The position numbers and the translations under genes are program-made. The notes below the pieces were generated by a model, which saw nothing but the letters and a program-made list of their open reading frames with translations, was not told where the DNA came from and did not search any database. Positions 49,323 to 59,736 of a stretch of 64,000 nt of DNA are shown here, piece after piece. Numbering within the stretch: position 1 is the stretch's first letter; each line of letters begins with the position of its first letter. Origin of the DNA: Planktothrix sp. GU0601_MAG3 (GTDB lineage Bacteria > Cyanobacteriota > Cyanobacteriia > Cyanobacteriales > Microcoleaceae); contig CP136572.1 in the NCBI GenBank assembly GCA_035193785.1, positions 320,001-384,000 of the forward strand. The letters are read 5' to 3'.

Positions 49323-50670
49323 CGAAAATGGGAGCCAGAAGACCCGCACCATAAGGAACGTTGGTGTCAGGATGAATGGCGACCCCAAAAAAACAAATTA
49401 CAGAATTTGTATTAGAATGTAAAGCATGACAGAAAAAGCCTACCGCTACCGATTCTATCCAACTCCTGAACAAGAAGATCTGTTGAGGAGAACATTGGGG
49501 TGTGTTCGACTAATCTACAATAAAGCATTAGCTCAAAGAACCCAAGCCTGGTATGAAAAAAAAGAACGAGTAGGCTATTCTGAAACATCTTCCCAGTTAA
49601 CTGAATGGAAAAAAGAAGAAGAACTGAACTTTCTTAATGATGTTAGCTCAGTTCCACTTCAGCAGGGATTAAGACATCTGCAAACCGCTTTTACCAACTT
49701 TTTTGCAGGTCGGGCTAAATATCCGAACTTCAAGAAAAAACGTCATGGAGGTAGTGCAGAATTTACCAAAGCTGCATTCACCTATAAAAACGGTGAAATC
49801 TATTTAGCTAAGAATAAACAACCTTTACCGATTCGGTGGAGTCGTCAACTTCCAAAAGGATGTCAACCCTCAACCATAACAGTTAAGTTAGACCCTAGCG
49901 GTCGATGGTTTGTCTCTTTAAGAATTGATGACCCAACTAATAACAAATTAGAACCCACCGAAAAAAATGTAGGAATAGATTTAGGAATTTCTAGTCTATT
50001 GACTACATCCGACGGGGTTAAGGTTGCCAATCCTAAACACTTTAATCAGTTATACAAAAAACTTCGACTTGCTCAAAAATCTTTGAGTCGGAAAATCAAA
50101 GGCTCAAAAAATCGAGAGAAAGCCCGAAAAAAAGTAGCCCGAATTCACGCCCAAATTGCCGATTGTAGAAGGGACTATACTCACAAGTTAAGCACTCAAC
50201 TGATTCGGGAAAATCAAACGATAGTAGTTGAGGATTTAGCCGTAGGAAATCTAATCAAGAATCCTAAATTAGCCCGGGCAATTAGTGATGCAAATTGGGC
50301 TGAATTTGTTCGTCAGTTAACCTATAAGGCTGATTGGTACGGGCGAAAATTGATTAAAATAGACCGATGGTTTCCTAGTTCCAAACGTTGTGGAAACTGT
50401 GGACACATTTTAGATAAATTGCCGTTAAATATCAGGGAATGGGATTGTCCTAATTGTGGGACACATCATGACCGCGATCTTAATGCGGCCAATAACATTT
50501 TGGCGGCAGGACTTGCCGTGTCAGTCTGTGGAGCGACCGTAAGACCGGAAACAGAGTAAATCTGTTTCGGCTGGTGCGAAAACCCGTGCATGGACGGAAG
50601 CAGAAAACCAAGTCGTGAGTCTTGGGAATCCCACACCATAAGCGAAGCGTTGGTGTTGGGAGGATGTCAA
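49323..50670 (+). mobile_element. Non-autonomous IS200/IS605-family element (tnpB only)
   Basis: Inserted 3' of TTTAT, ends in TCAA, no target duplication, related subterminal hairpins CACCATAAG..CGTTGGTG at both ends; no tnpA. Confidence 0.92.
49426..50559 (+). CDS. tnpB: RNA-guided endonuclease TnpB
   Basis: AYRYRFYPT N-terminus, RuvC GIDLG / VVEDL / DRDLNAA intact, zinc finger CGNC..CPNC. Confidence 0.95.
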   Translation: MTEKAYRYRFYPTPEQEDLLRRTLGCVRLIYNKALAQRTQAWYEKKERVGYSETSSQLTEWKKEEELNFLNDVSSVPLQQGLRHLQTAFTNFFAGRAKYPNFKKKRHGGSAEFTKAAFTYKNGEIYLAKNKQPLPIRWSRQLPKGCQPSTITVKLDPSGRWFVSLRIDDPTNNKLEPTEKNVGIDLGISSLLTTSDGVKVANPKHFNQLYKKLRLAQKSLSRKIKGSKNREKARKKVARIHAQIADCRRDYTHKLSTQLIRENQTIVVEDLAVGNLIKNPKLARAISDANWAEFVRQLTYKADWYGRKLIKIDRWFPSSKRCGNCGHILDKLPLNIREWDCPNCGTHHDRDLNAANNILAAGLAVSVCGATVRPETE

Positions 50671-50690
50671 TCCTATGATGTGGAAGATTT
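50500..50690 (+). ncRNA. Predicted omega/reRNA of TnpB (5' boundary approximate; guide from 50671)
   Basis: Established position of TnpB guide RNAs at the right end; scaffold ends GGATGTCAA and flank TCCTATGATGTGGAAG would be the guide. Confidence 0.6.
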
Positions 50691-50769
50691 TGAACTGGAC
50701 TTGAAAAACTTGCGGGAGTTGGGGCGATTGTGATTATATAACCATTTAATAATATGAAAAATTTGCGCG

Positions 50770-53700
50770 GTTTCCGTCCCCTTGCGGGGAAAAGGTAGAA
50801 AACTACTCTAAAAGGAAACTCATATGACTGCTTATACTATTGGTTTCCGTCCCCTTGCGGGGAAAAGATAGAAAACTACATAATTCCATATAAATGTTTT
50901 ATTAGATGTCTCAAGTTTCCGTCCCCTTGCGGGGAAAAGATAGAAAACTACTTGAATTGATCCCGGGTAAATACCTTCCTTCCTCTGAAGGGTTTCCGTC
51001 CCCTTGCGGGGAAAAGATAGAAAACTACGAGTTAATTAACTCTGCAGCAAAAGGTGCTCTAAAGAAGTTTCCGTCCCCTTGCGGGGAAAAGATAGAAAAC
51101 TACTGGGGAGAAGAAAGATTGGAGCAACAATCAGTAAGCTGTTTCCGTCCCCTTGCGGGGAAAAGATAGAAAACTACAAGAAATGGTCAGGGAAAACCAT
51201 TGACTGTTCTAGCTTTGAGTTTCCGTCCCCTTGCGGGGAAAAGATAGAAAACTACATAATCAGCCTTAACTTTACGTCCATCAAAGGCGAGGACGTGTTT
51301 CCGTCCCCTTGCGGGGAAAAGATAGAAAACTACGGGATTCTTGTACTTCTCTAGTGAAAGCCCTATGGCTAGTTTCCGTCCCCTTGCGGGGAAAAGATAG
51401 AAAACTACAAAAGAAGTTTGCGACCCACTGGGAAAATATGTTCCCTGGTTTCCGTCCCCTTGCGGGGAAAAGATAGAAAACTACAAGAAAGTGAATTGAA
51501 ACAAGTGGGCAGAAGCCCTTAAAGGACGGTTTCCGTCCCCTTGCGGGGAAAAGATAGAAAACTACGAAAGATTATTATTCATTTGGTTGGCCCTGCTCTA
51601 AGTTTCCGTCCCCTTGCGGGGAAAAGATAGAAAACTACCTTAAAACTTAATCATATTGGATGAAAACATGGGATATGGGTTTCCGTCCCCTTGCGGGGAA
51701 AAGATAGAAAACTACAGGGTTATATCAAATGAAAATAGAATTAGCTAGATGTTTTACTGTTGTTTCCGTCCCCTTGCGGGGAAAAGATAGAAAACTACTA
51801 TAAAACCACATTCTTCATTGAATTTGCTTATTTGTTTCCGTCCCCTTGCGGGGAAAAGATAGAAAACTACTAAGAGGCAGGTTCAATTGCACCATAGGGT
51901 CGTCGCGTTTCCGTCCCCTTGCGGGGAAAAGATAGAAAACTACATAACGGTATGTGGCGTATAGAAGGTTCAAATGGGTTTCCGTCCCCTTGCGGGGAAA
52001 AGATAGAAAACTACGAGGTTAGGGTAACGCGCTCTGGTAAGTCAGGAGCAAGTTTCCGTCCCCTTGCGGGGAAAAGATAGAAAACTACGAAGACTGCTTT
52101 AACCCCGAAGACATTCTGTTGATTCCACCTGTTTCCGTCCCCTTGCGGGGAAAAGATAGAAAACTACTTCGCCCTTAAGCCCTCTTAAAAGGAACAAAGT
52201 ACACAAGTTTCCGTCCCCTTGCGGGGAAAAGATAGAAAACTACAATAACACCAGTAGTAGTGTCCACCCTCACCCGTTTCCGTCCCCTTGCGGGGAAAAG
52301 ATAGAAAACTACTCTCCCATTCTGCGTTTCTACTAATGGAAACAACTTAGGTTTCCGTCCCCTTGCGGGGAAAAGATAGAAAACTACACTTAGTGAATAT
52401 CTTGAGTGGTCGTAGCAAACATGAGTTTCCGTCCCCTTGCGGGGAAAAGATAGAAAACTACGTGGTGGTGAATTCTTAGTCCAAGACCTTGCCAATCTTG
52501 ATGGTTTCCGTCCCCTTGCGGGGAAAAGATAGAAAACTACAACACCATAACCAGTACCAACATTAATCTGGTAATGACCAGTTTCCGTCCCCTTGCGGGG
52601 AAAAGATAGAAAACTACGAGATTATGTGGCTAAGTTATTCAAAGGGGAAGATGCCTGTTTCCGTCCCCTTGCGGGGAAAAGATAGAAAACTACAAAGGTT
52701 GTTGTCTTTGTGTTCAAAGCTGGGATGTGAAGTTTCCGTCCCCTTGCGGGGAAAAGATAGAAAACTACGGTAAACCTAAGATGGAAGTTTCTCAGCCGTC
52801 TGAGTGGTTTCCGTCCCCTTGCGGGGAAAAGATAGAAAACTACCCTTCCAACGAGAATGGGCTATTGGTGAAGAAACTATGTTTCCGTCCCCTTGCGGGG
52901 AAAAGATAGAAAACTACAATTGTGCAACCATAACGATCCTATCAATGTAAATTACATTGTTTCCGTCCCCTTGCGGGGAAAAGATAGAAAACTACTTATC
53001 TGCCGAACTCAATGGTGGGCCTTCCCAGAGTTCCCTGGTTTCCGTCCCCTTGCGGGGAAAAGATAGAAAACTACCTACTTAATGGTACGCTACCCTAGGC
53101 GTGAGGCTGAATGATAAGGGTAGTTTCCGTCCCCTTGCGGGGAAAAGATAGAAAACTACGGCTCGTGTTGGTATTACTTCTCACGATAGTGGGGAAACCG
53201 TTTCCGTCCCCTTGCGGGGAAAAGATAGAAAACTACGTGCCTTTGTACAGGGTCATTGGGTCGTGTCATTCCCTGTTTCCGTCCCCTTGCGGGGAAAAGA
53301 TAGAAAACTACCACCACCACCAACTTTGACAAAGACTATTACCGGGCCTTGTTTCCGTCCCCTTGCGGGGAAAAGATAGAAAACTACTCGGCGTGGTGGT
53401 GGCAACTACCGTACACTGATTGAATTCGGTACCCCCGAGTTTCCGTCCCCTTGCGGGGAAAAGATAGAAAACTACAGGGAATATTTTAGAGCCATCCTGC
53501 GGTAATGGAGTTGTTTCCGTCCCCTTGCGGGGAAAAGATAGAAAACTACCTGCTATCGTTGTTGCTTCATTTGTCACTCTTTCAACTCCCGCGTTTCCGT
53601 CCCCTTGCGGGGAAAAGATAGAAAACTACTGTTTGAGGTAATTGAAGGGGATGAGGAGGACTACCGTTTCCGTCCCCTTGCGGGGAAAAGATAGAAAACT

Positions 53701-54005
53701 ACCGAACCGACTGTCCCACCCCAATACTTCTTTTGGGAGTTTCCGTCCCCTTGCGGGGAAAAGATAGAAAACTACTTGCCAGCGAAAGCATACGGTTCGT
53801 CTAATTGTTCAATGAAATGGTTTCCGTCCCCTTGCGGGGAAAAGATAGAAAACTACGTTCGGACTTGAATCCGACGCTATTTTTAAGGCTTCAAAGTTTC
53901 CGTCCCCTTGCGGGGAAAAGATAGAAAACTACTTGGTTTCGGGCTTACAACCCCTTTAACTCAAGTTCGTTTCCGTCCCCTTGCGGGGAAAAGATAGAAA
54001 ACTAC
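50770..54005 (-). CRISPR. CRISPR array, 43 repeats / 42 spacers (hand count), 37-nt repeat GTAGTTTTCTATCTTTTCCCCGCAAGGGGACGGAAAC
   Basis: Exact repeats; hairpin TCCCC-GCAA-GGGGA; 3' GGAAAC; variant repeat at the 50770 end (trailer); spacers ~32-51 nt. Confidence 0.99.
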
Positions 54006-54360
54006 CCTACCCTTCTGGAAACCTTACGCTATTTAGTTTTCAAAGTGCGTTTGCGCGAGAGTACGGATAAATGGCTGGTATAAAAACGAAAATAGGTTGT
54101 TTTTAACCGCCAAAACCCTTAAATTTCTCGATATTCAGAACTATAACCGAATTTCCCTAACGAGTCAACCCCCAAATCCATAAAAATCTCAAAAAATCTT
54201 CATCCCTGATGTCCTGACGCTTTCTAGCTTCCCGCGACAACAGATGAGAAAAACCAACAAAACATTACAATCCGATAGAACCCAATAAAATAGAAGGCTT
54301 AACCCCAATTTGTTAATCAAATCCGAGTTAAAACGTTCTAAAAATCTGAGAAAAAGTAAT
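54006..54360 (-). promoter_or_regulatory. CRISPR leader
   Basis: AT-rich non-coding stretch between cas2 stop and the non-degenerate end of the array. Confidence 0.7.
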
Positions 54361-54366
54361 ATTCCG

Positions 54367-54651
54367 TTACAAAATCAGATAATCCGGCGGTTCATAGGGC
54401 GGATCACTCCCAAACACCCGCGTCTGTTGCTTGGCCACATTATCCAAAGGATAGACCCGCAAACTATCCTCATCCAACTGCAACACTTTGAGCCAACGCT
54501 GTTCTAGTAAATGTTCCAAAACCGCAGGTTTCAAGGGACATTCAAAAACCGAATATTGCACCCGTTGACAACGCTGTTCCAGTAACTTTGCCAATTTATT
54601 CCGGCGCTTATCATCCCGAACGTCATAGCAAACCAACCATAATTCAGTCAT
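54367..54651 (-). CDS. cas2: CRISPR-associated Cas2
   Basis: LVCYDVRDDKRR, RVQYSVFEC, DSLRVYPL. Confidence 0.95.
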   Translation of the reverse strand: MTELWLVCYDVRDDKRRNKLAKLLEQRCQRVQYSVFECPLKPAVLEHLLEQRWLKVLQLDEDSLRVYPLDNVAKQQTRVFGSDPPYEPPDYLIL

Positions 54652-54721
54652 CAGTGTAGAGACGTGCCATGGCGCGTCTATATTAGTTATCAGTTGAAAA
54701 TCTACTACTTTCTTTCTAGGT

Positions 54722-54869
54722 TAGATCCCCCCTAGCCCCCCTTAAAAAAGGGGGAACCGGACGTATTATTCACAAGTATTTATTACCTAAACCATCATAA
54801 TTAACCCACCTTCGTGATCTTCAAATATCTTCAAAGTCCCCCTTTTTAATGGGGATTTAGGGGGATCTA
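54722..54869. repeat. Inverted pair of dispersed repeats (MITE-like) between cas1 and cas2
   Basis: TAGATCCCCCCTAGCCCCCCTTAAAAAAGGGGGA and TCCCCCTTTTTAATGGGGATTTAGGGGGATCTA; related units at ~4589 and ~45051. Confidence 0.7.
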
Positions 54870-54930
54870 GTCTAGGATAAAAACACTAATCTTCCCCATT
54901 CGTAATTCGTAATTCGTAATTCGTAATTCC

Positions 54931-55941
54931 TTATTTCAACACAAACCCCTGATAATCTAGCCTACACTCCACCAAACATCGGGCCAGCGATCGCGCCTGT
55001 TCCAATAAAATTTGACTCAAACTCAACCGACGATTTTGGGCTGGATAGAGAAAAGGTTCCCGCAGACGACGTTCTAACTGTCCTAACAATAACTTTTTCG
55101 CCGTTACCCCCAACCAGATCCCCTCCCCATCGGGAGACGGTTGAAAATCCGACCGTTGAAGTAAATCCGATTTAATCATAGAAATCACCGCCTGATCCAC
55201 CACCACCGGGCGAAATTCCTCCATTAAATCTAAGACCAAATTGGGGCGATAGGGTTCGGTGGCGTGGAAAAACCCCAAATAGGGATCAAGTCCCGCCTGA
55301 ACACAAGCCACAAATACCCGCGCCAATAATACCCCATAACCCCAACTCAATAACGCATTAATTGGATCAAGGGGCGGGCGACGGTTGCGTCCGGTGAAAT
55401 TCCACTGGGACGGGAAATAATGTCGCAAGGCTTGATAATAGGTGCGGGCACAAATTCCCTCAATTCCCATCAATTCAGAACGGTTGAGGGGAGTGGAAAT
55501 ATTTTTCAATTGGAGCATATAGGCGGCGATCGCATCAATAGCTTCGGCTAACTCGCTAATTTGGGCTTTTGTAGACTGATGGTGCTGTTGAAGTAGTACC
55601 CGTTGGTTACGAATTTTTGCCATAACTAATAGTTGGGCCAGCGCCATCCCAAAAGTCGTATCAACAATTCGATATTGAGCGAGTCTGAAAATCGGGTTAG
55701 TTTGAAATTGTCCCTGAAGACGTCCGCGAAACTGTCCATCCCGTCGGAGAAATAGGGTTTCTATTCCTCGATCTAGGAGTTGGGCGATCGCTTCATCCGT
55801 TAACTGGACTCCAGGTAAAATCACCACTAAGGTTAATTCCACTAACCGACAGCTATGGGTTTTATCCTGATATTTGACCAAAAAACTCTGATTTTGATAG
55901 CGAACAACGGTTCCAGGTTCAGTTAAATATAGAGTTGTCAT
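54931..55941 (-). CDS. cas1: CRISPR-associated Cas1 (no RT or Cas4 fusion)
   Basis: LMGIEG..ARTYY, RNRRPPLDPINALLSWGY, GLDPYLGFFH, LVLDLMEEFRP. Confidence 0.96.
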   Translation of the reverse strand: MTTLYLTEPGTVVRYQNQSFLVKYQDKTHSCRLVELTLVVILPGVQLTDEAIAQLLDRGIETLFLRRDGQFRGRLQGQFQTNPIFRLAQYRIVDTTFGMALAQLLVMAKIRNQRVLLQQHHQSTKAQISELAEAIDAIAAYMLQLKNISTPLNRSELMGIEGICARTYYQALRHYFPSQWNFTGRNRRPPLDPINALLSWGYGVLLARVFVACVQAGLDPYLGFFHATEPYRPNLVLDLMEEFRPVVVDQAVISMIKSDLLQRSDFQPSPDGEGIWLGVTAKKLLLGQLERRLREPFLYPAQNRRLSLSQILLEQARSLARCLVECRLDYQGFVLK

Positions 55942-56090
55942 AGCCACAAATTACAAAACCAGCAAACCCGGTTTCTCGGGTGGTCTTTCCATTATCTCGG
56001 TGATGTAGAAGACCCCATTTCCACACCCGGCCATAATTAAAGATCAGAAATCAGCAAACCTGGTTTCTCAATTTTATGGAGAATTGCGAT

Positions 56091-56403
56091 ATGCCAATTT
56101 CCTTAACTCGAAACCCTAGTTCGTTACCGTATTCTGGGTGTAGCGATCGCCAATGGGGTCGTTACCTGGATCATCTTAATTATTGCGCCCCTGGGACTCT
56201 TTGCCGTTATTACCTGTACCCTAGCTGTCTTTATTAGTAGCGTGATCGTGACTTGGTTAGGCGATCGGGCCCTCGATCATCTCTTACAACTAGAAGGGGA
56301 ACAACTGCGACAAACAGACCTAACCCCAAACCCCGGTGCGTCAACATTTCAAAGCGATCGCAACTTATCCAACCCACAACGCCGAGAAATCAGCGATCGC
56401 TAA
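56091..56403 (+). CDS. csx18: Csx18-like two-TM CRISPR-associated membrane protein, apparent frameshift at ~56110 (not in ORF track)
   Basis: MPISLTRTLVRYRILGVAIANGVVTWIILIIAPLGLFAVITCTLAVFISSVIVTWLGDRAL...; the IAPLGL hairpin motif and position fit cyanobacterial Csx18. Confidence 0.7.
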
Positions 56404-56467
56404 TTTGCCAAAAATGCGTAAAACCTGAAAATCGAACCAATATGAATATAGATCCCGATTAACCGCC

Positions 56468-57385
56468 ATGTCCATTTGTTTACATCTAAGTCCATCCCAA
56501 ACCCATGAAACCCTGTCCTATCAGATATTAACCCTGGAACTGACCGGACAAGACCGCATTATCGAACCCCAGGTGCTCGAAACCCTGGAACTCCCCACCG
56601 GAATTAACTCCCAAGGGGGAATAGTGATATCAGGACGCGGCCCCATTTGGTTGTATGGCTACCTGATCCATGAACTACATCCGACCGCTTGGATCGCCTG
56701 TTATGACCCCCGCTTAGGGGCGGTTGTTGTTTCTAGTCATAGCCGAAAAGTGAGGGCAGGTCAAGTTTTGCCCCTAGCTATTTCTCTTTTTAATCAGTCC
56801 CCCGCTCCCGATCCCCTGTGTCCAGCCCTAATGATTGTCGGGCCGCCGGATAGCGGGAAAAGCGTCTTGTCCCATGGCTTATTTAAAGCCCTTCTGCCCG
56901 AATATCCTAATATTTATTTACAAAGAGCAAATTGGGATGGAGAGGGCAATTATAGTTTAGAATTGGGAGAGGATAAAACGCCGGAGGTTATCGAAACGTT
57001 TAAAGCCCAAAATCGAGGCGGGTTAACGGAGCGTTTCTATCCCTATCATGCCCAGGGTATCCTACAACTACGACGTCACAAATCGTTAATTATTGTGGAT
57101 GTTGGCGGCATGGTGCAACCGGACAAGTATCCTATATTAGAAGCCTGTAGCCATTATTTGATTATTAGTTCTAAGCCGGAAGCGGTCAACTCCTGGCATG
57201 AATTCTGTGGTCAAAGAGGGAATTTAACTCCGGTGGCGGTTATTTCTAGTGTGTTAACCAATACGGAGGAGGTGCATCAAATTCAACCCTATATTGAGAT
57301 TACCAGTGGCGCTTGGGTGATGGGTCAAGCTCCTGCTATTCCAGAAGTTTTGTTAAAGAAAGTTAAGGCCTTAATTCACAACTAA
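56468..57385 (+). CDS. csx3: Csx3 (Crn3 ring nuclease) fused to a P-loop NTPase domain
   Basis: GIVISGRGPIWLYGYLIHELHP, YDPRLGAVVVSSH; then GPPDSGKS Walker A, WDGEG, IVDVGG. Confidence 0.88.
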   Translation: MSICLHLSPSQTHETLSYQILTLELTGQDRIIEPQVLETLELPTGINSQGGIVISGRGPIWLYGYLIHELHPTAWIACYDPRLGAVVVSSHSRKVRAGQVLPLAISLFNQSPAPDPLCPALMIVGPPDSGKSVLSHGLFKALLPEYPNIYLQRANWDGEGNYSLELGEDKTPEVIETFKAQNRGGLTERFYPYHAQGILQLRRHKSLIIVDVGGMVQPDKYPILEACSHYLIISSKPEAVNSWHEFCGQRGNLTPVAVISSVLTNTEEVHQIQPYIEITSGAWVMGQAPAIPEVLLKKVKALIHN

Positions 57386-57400
57386 CCAGAAGGATATCAG

Positions 57401-59714
57401 ATGAATAATTCAGAGGATCATGTATCATTTAAGGCTGCACTGGGAGTTATGCAGCAAGCTGTTCTCGAATTACTAAAATGGTCTAATTTTAGTTTAAATA
57501 GTGAGTTTAAAACAGATTTAAAAAATAAGGCAATTAATAAGGCTAAAGAACTATTTTCGTGGACAGAAACCAGCGAAATCAAAATTAAACCCCTACGCCT
57601 ATTATTTGATGCGGTTAAACTAGAGCATAAACAGGATAATATCTATTACGCCCAACCCCAAGTTATTAAAAATCAAAATCCAATTATTCCTTATCCAGTC
57701 AATCAAGAAACCTACAGAAGATGAGTTACAGACTCTCAAAAATCAAATTAATACAGAAATACAAAACCTCAATTTAACTCAATCTGACTGGGATAATTTA
57801 TCATTATTAACCCTAATTGTTGAGAAATACGGATCATTTATCAGTTTTGTTTATCCCGATGTCGCCTTAATTGATCTGGCGCGTTCAACGGCGGCGGTCG
57901 CTGCGGCGTTAGCAGAAAATTCTGAAGCTCAAAACCTCTATTTAATCGCGGGTGATTTATCAGGAATTCAAAATTTTATCTATACAATTTCTTCCGATGG
58001 GGCGTTAAAATCTTTACGCGCTAGAAGTTTTTATTTAGAATTAGTCACAGAAGAAATTGTTCAACAACTGTTAATCGAATTAAAGTTACCTAAAACTAGC
58101 GTAATTTATGCGGGAGGCGGAAATCTCTATATTCTGTCATCAGGAGATAAAGAAAAAGCTGAAAATGCGGTTCAGAAAATAGGCGATCGCTTGAATAAAT
58201 GGCTAATAAAAAGTTTTCAAGGTAAAGTATTTTTAGCGTTAGATTGTGTTGAGTTACCAACAGTAAATGTAAGTCAAAAATCTCTCTCAGAAGCGTGGGA
58301 AAAAGTTCCTCAAAAGTTAGGAAAACTCAAACATCAGAAATTTAAAGCACAACTTAGTGACTTTCTAGCGAGAAAACCCAGTTATGAACCCTGTGGAGTT
58401 TGTCATAGAGATGATAAGGAAAATTTAGAACCCCTTTCGGAGCCAGATTCGGTTTTAGCTTGTCCAACTTGTCGAGATATGTTTGCTTTGGGAGGAGAAT
58501 TACTCAAAGTTAATCTGATTATTCGCTCCTCAGAAAAAGAATTAACAGGATCAGACCATCAGATTGACTTTGATTGGGATGAAACCCCCATTTACTATCA
58601 TGTTTTTCGCCAGTGGAAACAGATTACAACTAAAGAATCTGATACAGCATTATTAGTTAATGACTGGGATTTAGAACACTATCGTTTTCGATGGTTTAAA
58701 AATCCATCTCCTCTGTTTTTAGGACAATATGCTCAAGAAAGTCACGAAGAACAAAATCAAACAATTCGTGCTAATGAATTAGCGGATATTGCTGAAGGAA
58801 TTAAACGAGTCGGTTATCTGCGAATGGATGTTGATAAACTCGGTCAAATTTTCGCCAAAGGGTTAGGAGATGATCAAAATTTACCCAGACTTGCGGGACT
58901 ATCTCGACAAATGACCTATTTTTTTAAAGTATATCTAAATAGTTTAGCGGAAAATAGAAAGGATAATTTCTTTCAACCTTTGGGAAATTCGGTCAAGTCT
59001 TTAAGTCAAGGCGATCGCAAAAATTTAGTATTCATTTATGCGGGGGGAGATGATCTATTTATTAGTGGTGCTTGGAATGAAGTTGTGGAATTTAGCTTTG
59101 ATGTTTATCAATCCTTTCGCCACTATACAGGTCAACATCCAGATATTACTATTTCCGGTGGAATTAGTTTAGCGGGGGCAAAATTTCCCCTCTATCAAGC
59201 TGCTTCAGAATCAGGAAGTGCGGAAGAAAAAGCCAAAGGAAATGGACGGGATAGTTTGGGGTTATTTAATACAGCATTAAAGTGGGAAGAATGGTTGGGT
59301 AAAGAAAATATAAAAGTTTCACAATTACAAACTATTGATGCTAAAATAAAAGAATATTTGGGAACGGATTCTCTCCCGGATCTGTTTGGAGTTCTCCCCT
59401 TTGTGCAGAAACTTCAAACCCTAGAAGTGAATACCTCCAGAAATTTTGTTCGGAATTTATTAACAACGGCTCAACTCCAAGAGCAGAAAATCAAAGATTT
59501 TAAAGATAAACATCAAGAAAAAGGAGATGAACGTTCCCTGCATGATATTCAATACTATTTGCACTTACCAAAAGTTGCCTATACCTTAGCAAGATTACCG
59601 GACAAGGTTCGCAACAATGAAGGATTTAGACCCGTTATGACTTCCCTGAAAAATCCTTATAATGCTCCTTATTTTCGAGCGATTGCTACTTGGATTGAAT
59701 ACTTAAATCGTTGA
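57401..59714 (+). CDS. cas10: Type III-A Cas10/Csm1, apparent frameshift at ~57707
   Basis: GDLSGIQNFIY, LRARSFYLEL, YAGGGN (57950-58125), CGVC..CPTC, RMDVDKLG, IYAGGDD; no recognisable HD motif. Confidence 0.93.
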
Positions 59715-59736
59715 TCAAATTCTCAGGATTTATGAT

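Larger units (their letters stand above)
49137..50733 (+). pseudogene. UPF0175-family gene interrupted by an IS200/IS605 element
   Basis: MTIIISDEII...LKQRHIPLY (to 49322) continues in frame as SYDVEDFELDLKNLRELGRL* at 50671-50733. Confidence 0.9.

Noticed and set aside
49137..49415. 92-aa ORF as an intact gene
   Set aside because: Its last 30 residues are read-through into the IS left end
50906..53577. Short ORFs with FPSPCGEKIENY or VFYLFPARGRK repeats
   Set aside because: Translations of CRISPR repeats
49426..54005. TnpB plus array as a type V (Cas12f-like) system
   Set aside because: Intact IS ends, interrupted host gene, and the array's leader and repeat belong with the cas1-cas2/type III-A locus
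55960..56069. CAGCAAACC(C/T)GGTTTCTC direct repeat in the cas1/csx18 divergent region as a WYL operator
   Set aside because: Looks like a common cyanobacterial dispersed palindrome (AAACCnGGTTT); nothing in the sequence shows regulator binding
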